Part shown: positions 62,925 through 64,000 of the stretch, one piece after another
Layout: each line of letters starts with the position of its first letter
Numbering within the stretch: position 1 is the stretch's first letter
Assembly: GCA_013115125.1 (NCBI GenBank)
Contig: JABANN010000001.1
Location: forward strand, 186,001-250,000
Direction of reading: 5' to 3'
DNA from: Perkinsus olseni
Lineage: Eukaryota
Length of the DNA stretch: 64,000 bases
Translations under genes and position numbers: made by a program
Notes under the pieces: model-generated
Seen by the model: only the letters and a program-made list of their open reading frames with translations
Databases searched by the model: none
What the model was told of the DNA's origin: nothing

Positions 62925-64000
62925 TCAACGTCGGTTGAAAAATCTCTTGACTGACACTCAAACAGCATCCACGAGCGTGAGCACAGGTCTTTGTCCGCCT
63001 CTACGATCGGGCATGCAAGCATATCAGTAACAGGCGTTCGGAGGACACGGGGCGTGTTTGAGTCTGACAGCTCGACTTATCTTCACTTCCGCGCTCGATC
63101 ACCACTTGCTCAACATAAGGAGAACCCTGGTTCTTCGCCTTGGGTATGCGTACACTAGCACGCAGACGCACAGTACTGATACAAATTCAGAATCCAACTT
63201 CCTTCGCCTAAGGGCGGTGGATGGCTAGACCATCCACCCCGTGAACCTGGAAGCTAAGCCTACGGCCAGGAAGTACCAACTGCCGACGAATGAGGGTTGA
63301 GGAGACGTGAAGAAGAGGTACAGAGCGTCACATAGTTGAACCATGCTTACAGCCGCCGGCCAGACTCGCGACGGAATCGCTCCGAGCGAACGACTCGCTC
63401 GCCAACAACCATTCGCTGGGCACGGCGAAAAGCTACCCTCACCAGCATCACGAGACCCGCAAGGGTGCCCAACTAAGCTCGCGCAAAATTTCCTATTGAG
63501 CTGTGACAGAGTTATACACGTATGACATGGTTCCAGCGTGAAGAGCATGACCCATGCTGCATGAGCCCGTAGCGTATAATATTAAGGCGGCTGAAGCTCA
63601 GCCAAACTGAGCGCCTTGAGTCCTCGTATGTCCACGCGGCTCACTGCCGTAAAAGCTACAGCGCCAGCTTCGTTATCGATCGTGGTGCGGAGACGTACGG
63701 CAGAGTATCTCAAGAAGGCGAGATTACAAGAATCACTAAGTATGGGAAGCTCGCTCGTTCGAGACTCTGGGGCTTCCGTTCCCAGATGGCTAGGAGTAGG
63801 AGGCTGCTAGAGAGCATGTAGGGGAAGTTCTTCTGGGGAAGAATATGATGAGGAGTTCACTGATCGGTACTCGTGGTCCGTTGACAGCGGAAGAAGTACA
63901 AAATCCAAGGGAGCGTTTTCAGGGATCTGCATCACCTGGGCAATAGTTCGGGTTTCTGGTTGACCTGGCTAACAGTTCCGGGATCGGGTTGCCCTGTCCG

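Noticed and set aside
1-64000. CRISPR arrays, rRNA genes, prokaryotic operons or defence systems
   Set aside because: No regularly spaced repeat-spacer array or rRNA-like sequence seen. The genes are spliceosomal-intron-containing eukaryotic genes.

Overview
Gene-dense eukaryotic nuclear DNA (roughly 50-55% GC by eye) with many short GT-AG introns, mostly 40-100 bp. The architecture suggests a Perkinsus-like alveolate (inference). Recognisable genes: a GT34-like glycosyltransferase, a CRAL-TRIO protein, a 10-kb TRIP12/UFD4/UPL3-type HECT E3 ligase, an FAD-linked D-lactate dehydrogenase, a THEP1/NTPCR NTPase, an eIF4G-like MIF4G protein, ribosomal protein S5 (uS7) and a large coiled-coil protein. 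The most striking element is a 3.5-kb Ty3/gypsy-type LTR retrotransposon (29215-32720). It has identical 185-bp LTRs and a 4-bp TSD, its gag starts inside the LTR, it lacks RT/RNase H and any canonical PBS/PPT, and its integrase tail ends in a Tudor-like module where chromoviruses carry a chromodomain. It sits directly upstream of a probable splice acceptor. Other candidates: a three-member gene family sharing an unrecognised helical domain, an intronless secreted tandem saposin-like protein, a quadruple-CX9C protein, an intronless tandem-Tudor-like/APH-type kinase fusion, a hairpin cluster and a GATC-rich palindromic repeat tract. Exon boundaries and several start codons were read by eye and are approximate.
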